Position numbers and translations under genes: made by a program. From contig NC_042998.1 of assembly GCF_006345805.1 (NCBI RefSeq), positions 66,092,001-66,156,000 on the forward strand: DNA of 64,000 nucleotides, given 5' to 3'. A model generated the notes under the pieces. That model was not told where the DNA came from, did not search any database, and was given only the letters and a program-made list of their open reading frames with translations. Positions 15,949 through 31,394 of the stretch are shown here, in pieces (positions within the stretch are counted from its first letter, which is position 1; every line of letters begins with the position of its first letter). This stretch comes from Octopus sinensis (taxonomy: Eukaryota).

Positions 15949-16480
15949 GAGTGAGAGAACAGTGCATACCATCAAAGGGATATTGGGGTAAAATATACGA
16001 AACCCAGTATACCCATCATGATTACCCGTCTGATAGGAGTACATCAGGTACTTGCATCACAACCATATGTTGGCGACACGGTGATCACATATCAAAATAA
16101 GCAGTGCATGGCTTTGCAGGTGGGGCTCTTTTAGTAATTTTCTTCGAGTCGTGTACCTCATCCCACTGAAAAGTCCCTATATAAGGGTTCGTTAAGGAAG
16201 TTGTACGATAAAAAACATGTTTGCAGAGGTTAAGTATTCAATCCCCAAAGAATTACTCTAAACACCTGACTATGAAAATCCCCCAATACTTTAGGGCATG
16301 ATCAGGGTTGCACATATCGTCAAACCTATGAGACAGGCTCAACTGCTTAAGGTCAAGCAACTGACAAGCAAATATTTGGTACTGAGCATAATAGTCGCTG
16401 AAGCCTGTCTTTTATAACAAAACAATCAATTAAGATCAGAAGGCATCAGAGCCGGTGCCTGTTTCTACATCAGGGCATTT
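15949..16480 (-). mobile_element. ~560-bp module, diverged copy 4
   Basis: Same termini (GAGTGAGAGAAC..CAGGGCATTT), clearly more substitutions. Confidence 0.8.
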
Positions 16481-17800
16481 ATATCTATTATCATTATTTC
16501 TCTTTATCACAGGTTTTGGTGAAGCTCTTGGCGTCTTACCTGCGTAGTGGGCTTACTATCTGCAGCCTACGTTACCATGCTATCCATTCTAATTAGATAT
16601 CTAATACTTACCTGATTATTCTGGCCGTGTCAAGGAGGCAAAACATTTGTAAACGTTTGACTAGGCACACAATTCCAATTTCCTTTATGTTACTCTTGAT
16701 GCCTTCAGATACTGTTCCCAAGGACACCACAATAACTGGCACTATCTTCACATATTCTTCATTTTCTAAAGCCAGGCTATTCCGTACTTAAGAGGGTTGT
16801 ATCTGTCTACCTTTTCGTCTTCCTACTTGAATATTCGTGGATCAAAGAGGCATGCAACATCAACTATATAGCATAAGTGGTGCACCTTGTTCAGTTACAC
16901 TAGGTCCAGTTTGTTATGATCCAGCAGCTGATCTGTTTGGATTGGGAAATCCCAGAGTATTTTGCTAGTCCTCATCTCCACCACTCTCTGACCTTTCTCT
17001 ATACCCCACTTTTCGCAGAATCCAACGTAGCACTTTCGCTACATGATCGTATCTCCACAACTTGTAATGGATTTGGGCAAGTCTAGGGCATCCATTCATT
17101 ATATGAGTAATTGTTTCAATCACTCTATTGCAGATGCGGCATAGCGGAGACACTTGTTCATTTTCTAAGGTGCTCATTTACATATGGCAAATATGCGTCC
17201 ATGCCTATATATTTACTGTAGAGTCTTACAATATGTATTAAGGATTCTATCACTTTTCCATTCTTACTAAAAAGATTCAGATGATCCATGTAGAGCAAAT
17301 GGTTAATTTTTCTCTAACTATTTCTGAATTGATACCCTGTCTTTACCTTCCTTAATACTAAACGAGGGGTGATCAAACATAACACAAATATTAAAGGAGA
17401 CAATAGGTCTCCCTGGAAATTTCCTCTTTCAATATTAACTTTCCCCAAGAGTTTGTTGCCTCTGTAGGGATCTATTTTCCATTTCTTCATGCTAAAGCTA
17501 ATTAATTCTCTTATGTTGTCTGTTATTCTGAATATACTCAGACATTCACTTATCGATGTTTGTTGGATCGTGTCATATGCTCTCCTATAATCTATTCATG
17601 CTACTGCTAGATTTTTTTTCTTTCTATGATTTACTTCATTAAGAAATGTTTTGTCTATGTATAAAAGATCATGCGTTCCTCTAACCTTCTTCCTGCAACC
17701 TTTCTGTTCTTATGGCAGTAAATTCTAGTTGTCAAGGTGCTCGCAAATACTTTCTGAAAGAAATCCTGTTAACAGTTTTCGCACTATTGGTAAGTCTATA
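16481..17800 (-). mobile_element. Old R4/Dong-like element, family B-related
   Basis: 3' region homologous to 1906-2100; ORF 16965-17177 CRICN..HIMNGC; INHLLYMDHLNLF near 17280; LPIVRKLLTG near 17770. Confidence 0.8.
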
Positions 17801-20800
17801 GTTGCTCGCAATATTGAATTGTATGCTTTATTATGTGGCTTGGTTTGTGTCTTCTGTTGTATTATTTCTTGTATTGTGTGTTGTTTTCTGCAGCGCAGGT
17901 TGTGTTCTGTATCTGTATTTTATGGCGCATATGGGATTTATTCATTTTGTTGTGTATTTCCAGTATGGGGTAATTCCTGAACGTTTTTGGAGGAGCTTTG
18001 CATAGAAGCGTGAGTAATTTATAACTTACTATTGTTTTTGTTGTTGTTGTTATCATCATCATTGTCATCATCGTCTTCATCATTATTACTATTGTCCTTG
18101 TTTTTAAACGGCGAGCTAGGAGAATAGGTAGAATGCCAGGCAGAGTCTTTTCTCTTCTTACAAATCATTACGTATGAATTCAAGTTCAGCCAGAATCAAA
18201 TTCGCCATTCACTGCTTATTGGTTCATATATTAAAGTAGCAAATAAAACGTAAGAGAGTAATCCGTCGCTTCAAATTGCGGGTCTTACGCCAAAAAGAGA
18301 AAGAATTGTTATTAATATAATTAATCAATCAATTAATTAGTTAATCAATACCATCAACAATAATAGTAATAATAATTGCATGATTGCTATTATCATTATT
18401 ATTTAATCCTTCAGGTAATTGTTTTCTATTATTAAATCGTTTTAAACTACTAGCTCTTCAAGTAATTATTGCCAATGTTAGCCATTAATATTTTTAAAAA
18501 AACTATTTCCGTAACATTAACATGTAAATGCCAAACATGATAATAACAGAATGTTAATGCCTGTGCCCCGTTGCACGTTTGTTTGTGTGTTGTGTGTGTG
18601 TCTTTTTTTACGTTAGCGCTTATATATAAATCAACCGCTTTTGCATAGTCTTGAAATACCTGCCGCTCAATCAGGAGTCGGAACAAAAATTGGAAAAGCC
18701 TAGTTTTAAAACAAACACACTAATTTAATATTCCGTCAAAGAACTTGAAAAGCCTACATGGGGTGGGCATAAATGTAGTCTCAAACCAGCAAGATATTCT
18801 GCTTACTTCGGTTCCAGGATATCTCATATCATTGTCATAAACACAACCGAAATCAGCGATGTAGTATTTTATCATTCACCTAAAAGTATCGTTAAAGGTA
18901 CATATGCGATAGGTGTTGCTCCAGCTATGCCACCGCCTTAGGACTAGTAGTAATGAATGTGATTGAAAAGGAAGTACAAATGTGTGTGCAGGTGTGTGTG
19001 TGCTTTGAAATGTTAACCGTCATTTCGAAGGATAGCAACAACTGAAAAATCTGAAGGTACTTATATTTACTGTCTCGTTCCTCGCAATATATACAAAAGA
19101 TAGAGTAACAGAGATCTAGTACTCTTTGATAACTGGAAAATGTTCAATACTTTTGGAAACATGCATTTATAATTTTCTTTACAACATACATTTTCAGTTT
19201 CTTCTATCCTCGACTATTAGATAAAATGAAATGGCATTCTCTAAATATATTTTATGACATTTTGTAAAATCAACTTATAGTCTGTTGTAATTTTACGTGA
19301 GGGAAACGTGTAGTGTGTTAAAAAATACAGCTTATATATATATAGATATAGATATATATAGTGTGTGATTTATTTATTTTACTAGAGAAAGAAGGAATTA
19401 TTTTTGTTTTACATTTTATTTATTTTGTATTGCAAGAGTCATCATTTTCCTTGATTTTTCGTTCGTTTCTTTTTTTGTAATATTCATAAAAATTTCCCCG
19501 TAAGCTACAAAATAAGGAGAACATTGAATTATATGTCCTGTTTACATTTATGGAAGTTTTTCTACATTGTGTTTTGTTTTGCTTTGTATTGTGTTCTAGA
19601 TGTATTTTAAATTTATCATTTTCACTACTGCCTTGAGGATTATTTTTTATAGAAGGAGCACTTTTATACTACTAGTATATATCGATTCAAAATTCTGTTA
19701 TTCATAGACGGAAAAGGGTGTGTAATTATTGAAGCAGATAATTGAAAGGTGAGAGGTGAAAGGCTAAAATATACCAATGAATAATATCTTATTATTTTAC
19801 CCTGAAGCTGCAGGAATCATAAAGTTGTATCTAGAAATTCTGTCTCTTTTTTATATTTAATACAAACAATATAAGTAACATCTAACATCAAATATTAGAG
19901 TAGTATTAGTATTTGAGTATAAACAAGGTCACTATCTCTGATAGAAAATAATTTGTAGTTGGAGTGATGTTAAACTGATTAAAAAAGTAAGAGTAAAATG
20001 AGTTTAATCATGTGATGGAATTTGATATCCAAGTAAAAATGACAATATTTTACTCTTATAATTTACGAGTTCACTCCGTAGCAGATGGTTACGCAGTTTC
20101 AAGCATGGAGAACTTTCGATCGAAAATGTAGAATAACGAAATAATTTTAATTTTATAAGTTGAAAAGTTCCTAGGTAAATCACATACCTTCGGTTTCATC
20201 CTCTGTACCATTTCTTTCTCTCTAAAATTATTAAGATGAAACAAAAGTTATTAGGTTTTCTATATTAAAAAATGTTCACGTAAATGAATTAATTGCTTGA
20301 TAATAAGAGGAGAAATTAAATAATAATAATGATAATAATTAAATGGCTGTATAACGTGCTCAGGTGTACAACAAAAGTAAACGGCATAAGATGTAGTGTT
20401 GGCGATTTTCAGGAAGCATGGAAATTTTATAGAATGTAGTGTCTCGACAGCGAACAATTCATGCAGGTAGTTTATTCCATGCATCAGCAGTTTCGGGCAT
20501 GCAAAAGTACTTCGGAAAGTCATGGGTTCTGTCGTGTTATTTTTCATATTGTAAGCATATCCTCGAGCGTTTTACATATGAATTCAATGTTATCACTCCA
20601 ATTCATGTCTCCTGCGCCAACCAATGTTTTGTTATGATAGTTTTCTTATTTATCTTGTCTTCCCTACTAAGGTATTTACAATGGAATTTTTCTTTACCTA
20701 AGTGTGACAATAAATTAGTTGTTTACTGTCTGCTGACTTACCTTGTACTTGCCGAGATATTAGCTCATACTTTTAGCAGCTGCCTGAATCTGTGTTCCCT

Positions 20801-21693
20801 TATCCACTGTGTTCCCTTATCCACTGTGTTCTTATTGTGCTTTTTCTTTATCAGCTCACCTCATGAATATTTTAGGGATCTTTAATATTACTCGGCCCAT
20901 TAAACATTTTAACACAGCTGAAAAATAAAAATTTATACCCAGCTTAAAAATCAATTCTAGACCGTGATATATCAGTGTCATTTGAGGCCTGCATAAAACA
21001 TTGCGCTGGCCATATCTGATATCTTTCAGCAAGAAGTCTCTTTATATCTCGATTTATAGTTTTCTCTTAAAAAGTGTACCTAGGGCACAATATCAATAAA
21101 ACTATCTACATGGAGTAGATTATGTTTAATTCATAATAAAATAAGCCCTGGTAATAAAATGTAATACTATAATGGATGTATCTTATACAGCTATAACGTT
21201 TTGAAGTATACTTTTCGTAATGTATGCGTTCAAGAGGCTCTGTTATATTAGGTATTTGATAGTTATCATTAAAATAAATACTAAGAAAATTTTACGCATG
21301 TAACATATTTTCTGGCAAAATATATAGCATTAATATCGCTATAGAAGAGAAGAGCCTATATTTTATCGACTAGAATTGCTACGTTCATAAACGGTGTGTA
21401 GAATAGAGAAAGATGAAAGAAAAGCGGATGCGACTCTTATAGCTTGTGTTAACCCACATTACTCAGCAAGCGGTATGCAAATAAAATAATATTAAAAGAA
21501 AAAAAATATAAGAAACAGAAATGAACTGAAATAGTGAGGTGGTAGGAAAAGGTGAGACGAAGAACATAAAGGAGTTTCAAATGGATTCATGAAATAATCG
21601 AATATTTCAAAATGAATACAGTAAATCAGAAATAGAGGAACCAGTTTCCAGAATTGAAGACAGCACGTAATCTGACACACCCTCACGCAAATA

Positions 21694-21809
<116 letters not shown>

Positions 21810-22856
21810 GAGAGAGAGAGATAGATACATACATACTCATACATACATAATACATACATACATACATACATACAACATAATACATATATACATACATACA
21901 TACATACATACATACATACATACATACATACATACATACATACATGCATACATACATACATACATGCATACATACATACATAGGTACATACACACCCAAA
22001 CATGCACAGATCATCCACTCTTTTGTTAAGCGAACTTTTAAGGCTGATGTTGATTTTCAGAATTATTCAGTACAACCCAAGTCTTCACAATACATTTAAT
22101 GGAACTAAGGAGCACGCGTCATAACTTTTACTCACTAAGCAAGATATCACATCAAATTATTGATTAACGAATCGGCCTTATACTCTCTTTCTGAGGGAAG
22201 TATATCGAACATAATCAGAACCTTTTTCGCATTTTCTTTCACCTTTCCTGACATTTTCTTTGTTTGTGGTTCTTTCATTCCTTCATTTATTTATTCTCTC
22301 ATTCGTTATTCTTTTATCCTAATAGTGAATACCATTTCACTCCACCCGCTTCTATATAAATGTATTTCCCTTCATCCTCATTCTAATACTTTTTTTTCCA
22401 ATTACATTGTCAGTTGATATGTTTTACCTTCCAAACGCGTTCATTCTTACACAAAACGTTCCTCATCATTCCATTTCAAGAATTCTTCTGTCACTCTATT
22501 TCCGGTTTATTTTCATTTTCACTCCATATTTCACATGCTCATTGTATCTTTATCTGCAGTTTATTATTCTATACTGACATCCGGTATATTGTACAGTACC
22601 TCATGAGGTGTCCGCCTATGCAATTGCTCCCGTTAACGTTGAGTGAAACAAAAATTTATCTACTAAAGATTTCCATCCCAGGAAGTGGGTGTTGCATCAT
22701 TTTAGAGCGCGATACTGCCAATATACTTTAAAATTTCCATCTGAAATGTATTGTCAACAAGTAGGTATACACGGTGTGTTAGAAGAGCATGAATTTACGA
22801 TTCCTAATGTAGTAAACATGGATAAACCTTTCACAGTAATATTTCTACCAATTTTA

Positions 22857-23288
22857 AGGCGGCGAGGTGGCAGAAACGTTAGCACACCGGGCGAATTGCT
22901 CAGCGTTATTTCGTCTGACTTTACGTTTTGAGTTCAAATTTCGCCGAGGTCGACCTTGCCTTTCATCCTTTCGGGGTCGATAAATTAAGTACGAGTGGCG
23001 TACTGGGGTCGATCTAATCGACTGGCCCCCTCCCCAAATATTTCGGGCCTTGTGACTTGAAGAGAAAAGAGTAAAGGCGGTGAGCAGGTAGAAACGTTAG
23101 CACGCCGGGCTAAATGCTTAGCGGTATTTCGTCTGTCTGTATATTCTGAGTTCAAATTCTGCCGAGGTCGACTTTGCATTTCATACTTTCGGGGTCGATA
23201 AATTATACCTGTTTCGTACTGGGGTCGATCTAATCGACTGGACCCCTCACCAAAAATTTCAGGCCTTGTGTCTAGAGTAGAAAAGAAT
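22857..23288 (+). mobile_element. Two adjacent tRNA-derived SINEs, family 2
   Basis: Each starts GGCGG(C/T)GAG..GAAACGTTAGCAC, with GAGTTCAAATT (B-box-like), CTTTCGGGGTCGATAAATT and GGGGTCGATCTAATCGAC; copies ~22857-23070 and ~23075-23288. Confidence 0.9.
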
Positions 23289-24097
23289 ATATCTAATAAA
23301 TTTAATTAATATAACAACTAATCTCGTTTTATAGTTGTTATAAACTGCATGTACTGTGCAACGCTATTACAGTTGGCATCATCAATCAGGTTGGTTAATC
23401 GTGGAATTAAAACTTTTGTGAAGGACTTCATTTTTTTGAGTGCCAAATTTAGAATACCAAATCTTGCTTCTTTCATTCTTGTTTCATATGTCTCATCCAT
23501 TAAAATGTGGCCGCGCTGGAGCATTTCTATGAAGAGTTTAGTGAGACAAATCAACACCTGTATATGTCTTTACGTATGGTGTTTATTGTAACCGTCTCTT
23601 TTGTCAAACCACTATTTTATGGAGATGCGAACATACACAAACTGGTGGGGTGAAGCAAACGTAAAGACAGTTAGCACACCCTTTCCCACACTCACACACA
23701 TCCGCACACAAACACCTCACACACGCACACACACACTCATATATATCCATACATACAAAAATGATAAACTTCCAGAGTTTTCGTCTCAGAATCCAATGAC
23801 AAGGCGTTGGTCGGCTGAAAGCTATAATAGTGGACACTGTACCAAGGTGCCGTTCAATGGTGCTGAACGCAATATGACATAGCTTCAAATTCACCTTATT
23901 AAACACACATCCATGCTTGCGTCTATATAAGAGATAATTACAATATGTATACATTTTTGTTTATAAGCCGCAAAAGCTTGCGTATTTAACCATCTTCCTA
24001 AGAACTGTTAAAATAAAACTTACTCGAAACGCTTTTGAATAACTCACAGTTTCAGAGTTCAACAAACTCAGAAATATTTTCAAAAGTAGGCTATAAG

Positions 24098-24233
24098 CAT
24101 AGGTGTGGCTGTGTAGTAACAAGCTTGTTGTCCAACCACATGGCATATTGGTGAAGTGTCTTCTACTATAGCCTGGAGCCAACTAAATCTGTGTGGCTGA
24201 AGTTCTTACATGGATACAGAAAGAAGTCCATCG

Positions 24234-24318
<85 letters not shown>

Positions 24319-24452
24319 AATATGTGTGTGTGTGTGTGGTCTTTGCGTCAGTGTTTTCCCAATCCCTGTAGCTTAGCGGTTCGGAAAAAGAAGCCTATAG
24401 AATCAGTATCTACCCTAGCATGGCTGCAGTCTATTGAGTGAAACAAGTAAAA
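24098..24452 (+). mobile_element. SINE family 1, degenerate
   Basis: GGTGTGGCTGTGTAG head, (AT)(GT) centre, GAAACAAGTAAAAG tail. Confidence 0.8.
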
Positions 24453-25399
24453 GCATAAATGATAATGCGTGGGCTCCGTGCTCGGAATAATAGCAAATTG
24501 CATTTAAAACCCCGTTCTAAATTTCCACTGAAAAGCAATACAAACTCTAAATAATATACACATGCCTTACCAACATCTTCAACAACATAAATAATGAAGA
24601 GTAGGTGGAGACACTTCATATTCGTTTCTCTTTGGAAAAGAATTTGCGCAATATCAGATCAAAATAATCAAAATATAATTCCATTTGTATTACGGAATAA
24701 AGGGGTGCCATTGTTGAACCATACATTAGATTTTTCCCATTCACGAGGAAGTTAATAAGACGTATTTGATTGACTTAATCCAAATTGAGATTGAATGTAA
24801 TCTCACATATGAGATTTCTTGCTAGAATTTGTAAAGTATTATGTTGGAATTAACGACATCGGAAGTTATAATTGTCTTTTTGTAAATAAAGATGGGAATT
24901 AGCATTTAGTAATTTCTATGCTTCTAGTATGTAACACTGTGAAACAGGCGAAATATAGTTGATATGATATGATACTAAAGTACTTAAGATATTAATTCAT
25001 TCTGCATGTTAGATTTCATTTACAGGTACTGTTTTCACTATAAGAAAAACTATTGCTTTGTTAGGTAGACACTGCAAGGAAAACAACCAACATTACTACT
25101 GCCAATATCACCTTCTTGCTTGCTGGAAATAGCTTTCTAATATATAAGGCTTTGTGTAGCGGGGTAAACTCTTCTACCACACAATAAAAATTAGCACCTC
25201 GTTGTCTCTACTAACACATTCGCTGTAGAAACACAGGCACGTGTAAATACGAAACCATATTTTATGTCAATATATATATGTCAATATATATATGTAAACA
25301 AAAATGTTTACATATATATATATATATATATGTGTGTGTGTCTGTGTGTGTGTGTGTGTGTTTGTCTGTATATATATATATGTATAAAAATATATATAT

Positions 25400-25610
25400 A
25401 AAAATATAAAATGGAACAAGAACACAAAACATTCAAAAAGATGACACAAAAAAACCTACGGGTCATTCGATATGAAAAAAAAGGCGAAGACAGGTGGTGT
25501 AGATAACAAAGAGATGTATTAGTATAACGCTCGGGAAGTGAAAAAGTATTAATGTTTCGAGCCTACGCTCTTTCATAGAAAGAAACAAGAAGAGAGAATA
25601 AAGAGAGAAA

Positions 25611-25615
<5 letters not shown>
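25400..25615 (-). mobile_element. Short repeat family X (hammerhead-like remnant), degenerate copy
   Basis: Shares GTATTAG..CTC(G/A)GGAA..TTTCGAGCCTA.CTCTT..AGAAAG with 32040-32110. Confidence 0.55.
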
Positions 25616-25677
<62 letters not shown>

Positions 25678-27659
25678 ATAATATATATATATATATATTA
25701 ATATATAATATATATATATTATATATATTATATATATATATTATATATATTCACTCAAATTGTATAAGAAAACAGTTACAGTTGAAAACTACTTATCTTG
25801 CTTACTAGATTAATAAACAAATTATAAATAATATGCTAGTTAAAGGATAAGTTACTGTTCTTTATTCTACTTTTGTTAATAGAAATTTTATACTGATAAG
25901 CTAATGAATAATAGTCACAGGTATTTTAATGTAACTCTTACTTTAAATGTTGTGAAATATAAGAATGATTACAAGTAAACCCAGGTGTAGTTGATGCTCT
26001 TGTTTTTATTGCTTTTTGTTACTTCTTTTTCTGAACCAGGAACCGTCCGATTGGTCATATCTTCAGTGCAGGAAAACCTAATGGGTGTTACTTTTTCAGG
26101 CATAGTACATCTAGAATTATATTACACAGGATGTAATACCTCGGTTTATGACTTCTCTAAATGTTCTGATGACGAACTTCCTGTTACCTTTCATATTTGG
26201 ACTGTCTACTTAGAATATTGCACATTTTCTCTCCGAGAATAGTGATACTTTTTCCATATTGACACTAGATCGAATGTCACAATATGATCTGGGCAGAGAA
26301 TGTTACTTTCAGAAGAAATTTCACCAAAATATATGTTAATCAATTATTTTATCTGTATTTTCTAAAGCGCTGATCAGGTAATATAGTTAAATGGTCAGAA
26401 AATGAATTTGGTCCACCTCTTTATACCGTATGGTTATTCAGCACTTGTGCATATATGCAACACATTGAATTTTATTCAATATGTTCATTACATTCTGAAC
26501 AAATATATCTTTGACCCCATAATAGGAAATGAATTACAAGTCAATCACAAGTCGATGTGATCGACCATCATCTTCCTCAGAACCGATAGCTTTGCGTTTC
26601 AGATTTGAACGATCACTATCACTATTTCTACAAAGGTGGTTTCTTCGAAAAAATTAGTCTGGTCACAGCGTAGCAAGAGAAATGCTATTATTTCTTAATT
26701 TGCTAAGAATAGTCTTTTACTGTCAGGGAAGACAAAATACAAAGTTTTATTAAGAAACTCATAGTTTCGAAAGTTCATAAAATTAAATTAATTATCAAAC
26801 TTCTCAAGAGATAAAACAATAATTGTATTGTTTATATGTTTTTGCATTTATTGTTCTTGTTTTTGTCCATCAGTTGCCTTGTATTATAACCAATGAATGG
26901 ATATTTATTTTTCCCTGATGATGGCTTCTTAGCAATGCATTAGTTATATTAAATATTCTGACCTAAGTAGTAAGTCCACTCAAATATATATAACTGTTTG
27001 TTGGTTTACAATGTCAAGAACACTTATAATACGAAGACATGTCAAGTAGGATGTAAAACCGGATCACTTTAATTCTCTTCACCAATAATGAATGGAGATC
27101 AGCATAAAATATCTATGTACAAACCTGCAGGCTACAAAATGCGATAAATATTTAAAGATAAACTCGGAAATGAAAATTCAACTCCATTTTATACAAAACG
27201 AAGCAGACATTTTGATGGTCAACACAAGAGGTCTACAGCTTCTAGCACCAATCAAAACTAATTAAATGGTAGGCACTTTGCTTTAAAGTAAATCTTGTTT
27301 ATTAATCAATTACTAATTTACTAAGGTTATAGCAGATCATTTTAAAAGTAGATTTCCTTGAACATTAAATAGACAATATTAGACCTAGACATACACCTCA
27401 ATCAACACCTCTCGACAGTTGTAGTATGTTCCAATTATAAATAGCGTTAAAGACGTAACATCTCGCAATTAGTTTCGTTTGAATTTCGCTCAAAGCAAAT
27501 AACTCTCCGACTACACACCCTCTCTCTCTCTCCTCCACATATCTTCTGCCTCATTTACTCTACACTTCATCAATGTCATCAGCCTCGTTCCAACACCCAC
27601 TTTATGCTATTCCTCTTCTCACGACCCAAATTTCTTCTTCTTCTTCCTCTTCTTCTGCC

Positions 27660-28115
27660 AGAGTCGTTTAGACGCAGAGTGAAAGCTTCGCGGTATTTCA
27701 TCTGTCTCTACATTCTGAGTTCAAATTCCGCCAAGGTCGTCTTCGCCTTTAATGAGTATCAGGAGAGAACTGAGATCGATGTAACTAACTTCCCTCCCCT
27801 CTGGATATGATGGCTTTTTGCCACAAAATTGGAGACTAATATTGCAAAATATGTGATTCAATTCAGTATTTCGGTATCTTACAAAGATCTACCTCATATT
27901 CAAAAGAAAGGCGCAGGCAGAATTGTTAGAACGCCAAGCAAAATGCTTGGGAATATTTCGTGTGTCTTTGAGCTCAAAATCTGCAGTGGTCGTTCTTGCC
28001 TTTTATCGTTTTAGAGTCGATAATGTACGTTCCAGCTGAACACCAGGGTCGATATAATCGAGGAGCACTCTTTTTCACCAACTTTCCGGCATTGTGCCTA
28101 TAATCGAAAGGATCG
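27660..28115 (+). mobile_element. Two degenerate SINE family 2 copies
   Basis: CTGAGTTCAAATTCCGCC at ~27715 and GAGCTCAAAAT..GGGTCGATATAATCG at ~27970-28060. Confidence 0.75.
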
Positions 28116-30852
28116 TAATAATCATCACCATCGCCATCATCATCATTTAACACGAGATCAGAGTTTTGCAAGATTGACAATGACCAAAGATAAACTGAGG
28201 ATAAAATACATCTCCCACAATTCTACAAGAAGAATGTTGATAAAAGATTACGTTTTACAAGAGTTGCTGTAAATACTCTTCACAACATGTATCCATTTAT
28301 GAAAAGCTAGGTTCTTTTTAAATGAGTGGAGGTACTTCAAAGACAATCAGCGAGATAAACAAAGGAGATATATAGTGGGTATCGTTTTAATACGCTTTTC
28401 ACAAATGATGCCAGTGATAGGGAAATAGTAATGAATTCTTAAAGTGGTCGAATTGCAATGAACGTAATAATACGATAATTGATACCATTTAAGACAAAAT
28501 ATTCTATATTCCTGTCATAGAAGATTTCTTCTAGACTATGGCATTTCCATTTATGGCATTTTATATTTTATTCCAAACATTGCGTTCGCAGAATGAAGTC
28601 CCTTCATCACAGCATAGAAGTCGCTAAAATCTTAGCTTTCGATTTGGATAAATTTAGCATTTTGCAACGACGACGACACAAAATGCTCCTAAAACAATAT
28701 TTGAACAGTTGGATCTGGAACTCTTTCTAAGTGTGACCAATTATGACTTGTAATTGACCACTCTCAATTCAATGTTTAAGATGAGTTGATTTCGATGATG
28801 TATGACTGATGACGTCAACTGGTCCCATACATTGAAAATGCGATGATTTCTTACTGAGTGAGCGTCTGATGTATGTATTACTGGAGACCAGTTATTGCAT
28901 GAGAGGCCGATAGTCAATCATTCTATAACACCGAACAAGACAGTAAAATAAACAAGAAATAAGATAGCAACAATGATAAAACGAATTAGAGGCAAAAGCA
29001 CCTCAATCGTAATAAATACAAAGGAAGTTAAACTGACCACTCTAATATATACAAAACGAACAACTTGAAAAGAAATATTAAAGTTCGAGGAAACAGTGGC
29101 ACAGAAGCAACAGGGTCATGAAATAGCAGCAACGTAGAAGGCAATCTATAGAAGAGGAAACAGCAAAAAGAAGAACAGCAAAAGAACAAACGAAGAACAG
29201 CAAAAAGATCATAGAAGAAAGTCTATAGAAGAGCCCGCAGCAGAAAGAACAGTAACTCTGAAAACGATATACCTAATTGTCTTTCTCCAAAGTTGTGCTG
29301 ATGTATCAAAGAATATATGAAGTGTAGTCAAGTCATAAACTATGAAATTTTCTTAGCGAATCAATATAAATCAAAAGTAAAATGAGGATATTTTGGATGT
29401 TATACTTTAAAATCAATTCATCATAATCTACAGCAGATATTACTTTATTTCAAATATCAACAGATTCTAACATGTGCTTAGGAAGGAAAATCTTAACAAG
29501 AAATGAATTACGAATTAATAAATATTTGAAAACAATTTAAGGATCATCATTTCTCCAGGAGCTTTTTTAATCATTCACCGTTACAAAGGTATGCATCTGG
29601 AAGAAAACATGCAGAGGTTTGTTGACAATACATTTTTTTTTTTTTTTTGCATTTAGATATTTTGTTGGTGTCCATGGCTATCTGCCTTTATCCTGAAATC
29701 CCTTTCGTCATTCGCAAACTTTTTATGATTCTATACACATAGGGATCCGAATTTCAATCTAATCAACATCGGGATATATCTGATCCACTTTTGTAATAAA
29801 ATTTTTCCTGTGAACCAAATTTCAATTTTACATGCAACTTTGATAGAAGATTTACAACAATTATTGCTGTTTTTACTTTACCAACGGTTTTTGTGTGCAC
29901 AGTTTCAATTCCTTATTTATGGTGTTACATTGCAATTGATTTACACGCGTTGTCACTATTTATCTTTCTTTTTGCTTTCCAACAACATGTTACAACAATG
30001 TTCTTGAATTCAGTTTTGAGTTAAATATTTTTAACGAAACAACGTTCTAAATTGTTCCAGACATTAAGATGAGGAAACAAAATTTATATTTATAGAAATA
30101 AGCAAGTATCTAGAAACAAATATACGATATTTTTTCCACTCAGCTGATTCAAAAGATTCAATTCCTATAACTCAGAAGAATTAAGAATAGACATGACATC
30201 TTTTATGAATTAATGAAGATAAGCAATTGATTTAATTGTAAGAATACTTATGTATCTTTCCTTATTGCAAACAACAACAACAGTAAAAATTCGGGAAATT
30301 ATTATTATTATATCATAAGAAATATAATGAAGATCTAATTGTGGCAATAACAGTGTAAATTACCGCCATAACCGTCATTGTCATGTTCATCATTAAGAAA
30401 ATCGCCCACAACGCTATCAGAGTAACAAGAACCACAACAACAACAGTAACAAAACCAACAACAACAATAAAAATAACCAACATAATCATCATACTGCATA
30501 TTATTGTTGTTCTCAGAAATAGCATATTCATACAAAATTATCTGGGTACATATATAATCACACATTTCAGAGAGATAGATTGCCAATTAGCAATCAATAT
30601 ATTTAAGTATGAATTAATGCCAATAAATCTTCAATTCCGTTTGGACACATCAAGGTTCCCAAAGCAGACACATCTAAACTCATAGCATGATTATAGCTAA
30701 ATAACATTATGATTAAATGCTATTAAAACGTGTATGTTTGCAAGCAGGTATGTACATTGTATATCAGCACGCACACACCACACCCACACACACACCCACA
30801 CTACACGCAGAGATATATAAGTAGATATATATACATACATACAAAATTATAG

Positions 30853-30923
<71 letters not shown>

Positions 30924-30974
30924 ATATTATATATATTTATAAATATATATATATGTATATAATTTTTTAGGCAC

Positions 30975-31250
30975 CATTTTCAAGCATAGCCAGGCTCACG
31001 TGCCCGGTTTCACGGTTACTATGGCGTATGTGTTCCCCCCAGCTGGACGAGACGCTAGTCCATCGAAGCGTTACTCAATAAACAGGACGAAAGAGTGAGA
31101 GAAAGTTGGGGTGAAAGAGCACAACAGGGGTCGCTATCCCCCAACAACAGCCTCGTGGATCTTTAGGTGTTTACGCTCAATAAACACACACAACGCCCGA
31201 TCTGGGAATTGAAACGGTGAGTCCGCTGCCCTAACCACTGGGCAATTGCA
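30975..31250 (-). mobile_element. tRNA-derived SINE, family 3
   Basis: Minus-strand head GCCCAGTGGTTAGGGCAGCGGAC..GTTTCAATTCC (A/B-box-like). Confidence 0.75.
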
Positions 31251-31270
31251 CAAATAAATAAACAATTGAA

Positions 31271-31302
<32 letters not shown>

Positions 31303-31323
31303 AAATAAATAATACATATATAT

Positions 31324-31394
<71 letters not shown>

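Noticed and set aside
20801-20830. 17-bp tandem duplication CTGTGTTCCCTTATCCA
   Set aside because: An ordinary slippage duplication with no further structure.
20260-20885. ORFs 20260-20547 (-) and 20439-20885 (+)
   Set aside because: No recognisable domain or splice context; overlapping opposite-strand ORFs of ordinary composition.
22857-23288. SINE heads as tRNA genes
   Set aside because: A/B-box-like motifs are present but there is no cloverleaf or acceptor stem; they are embedded in repeat bodies.
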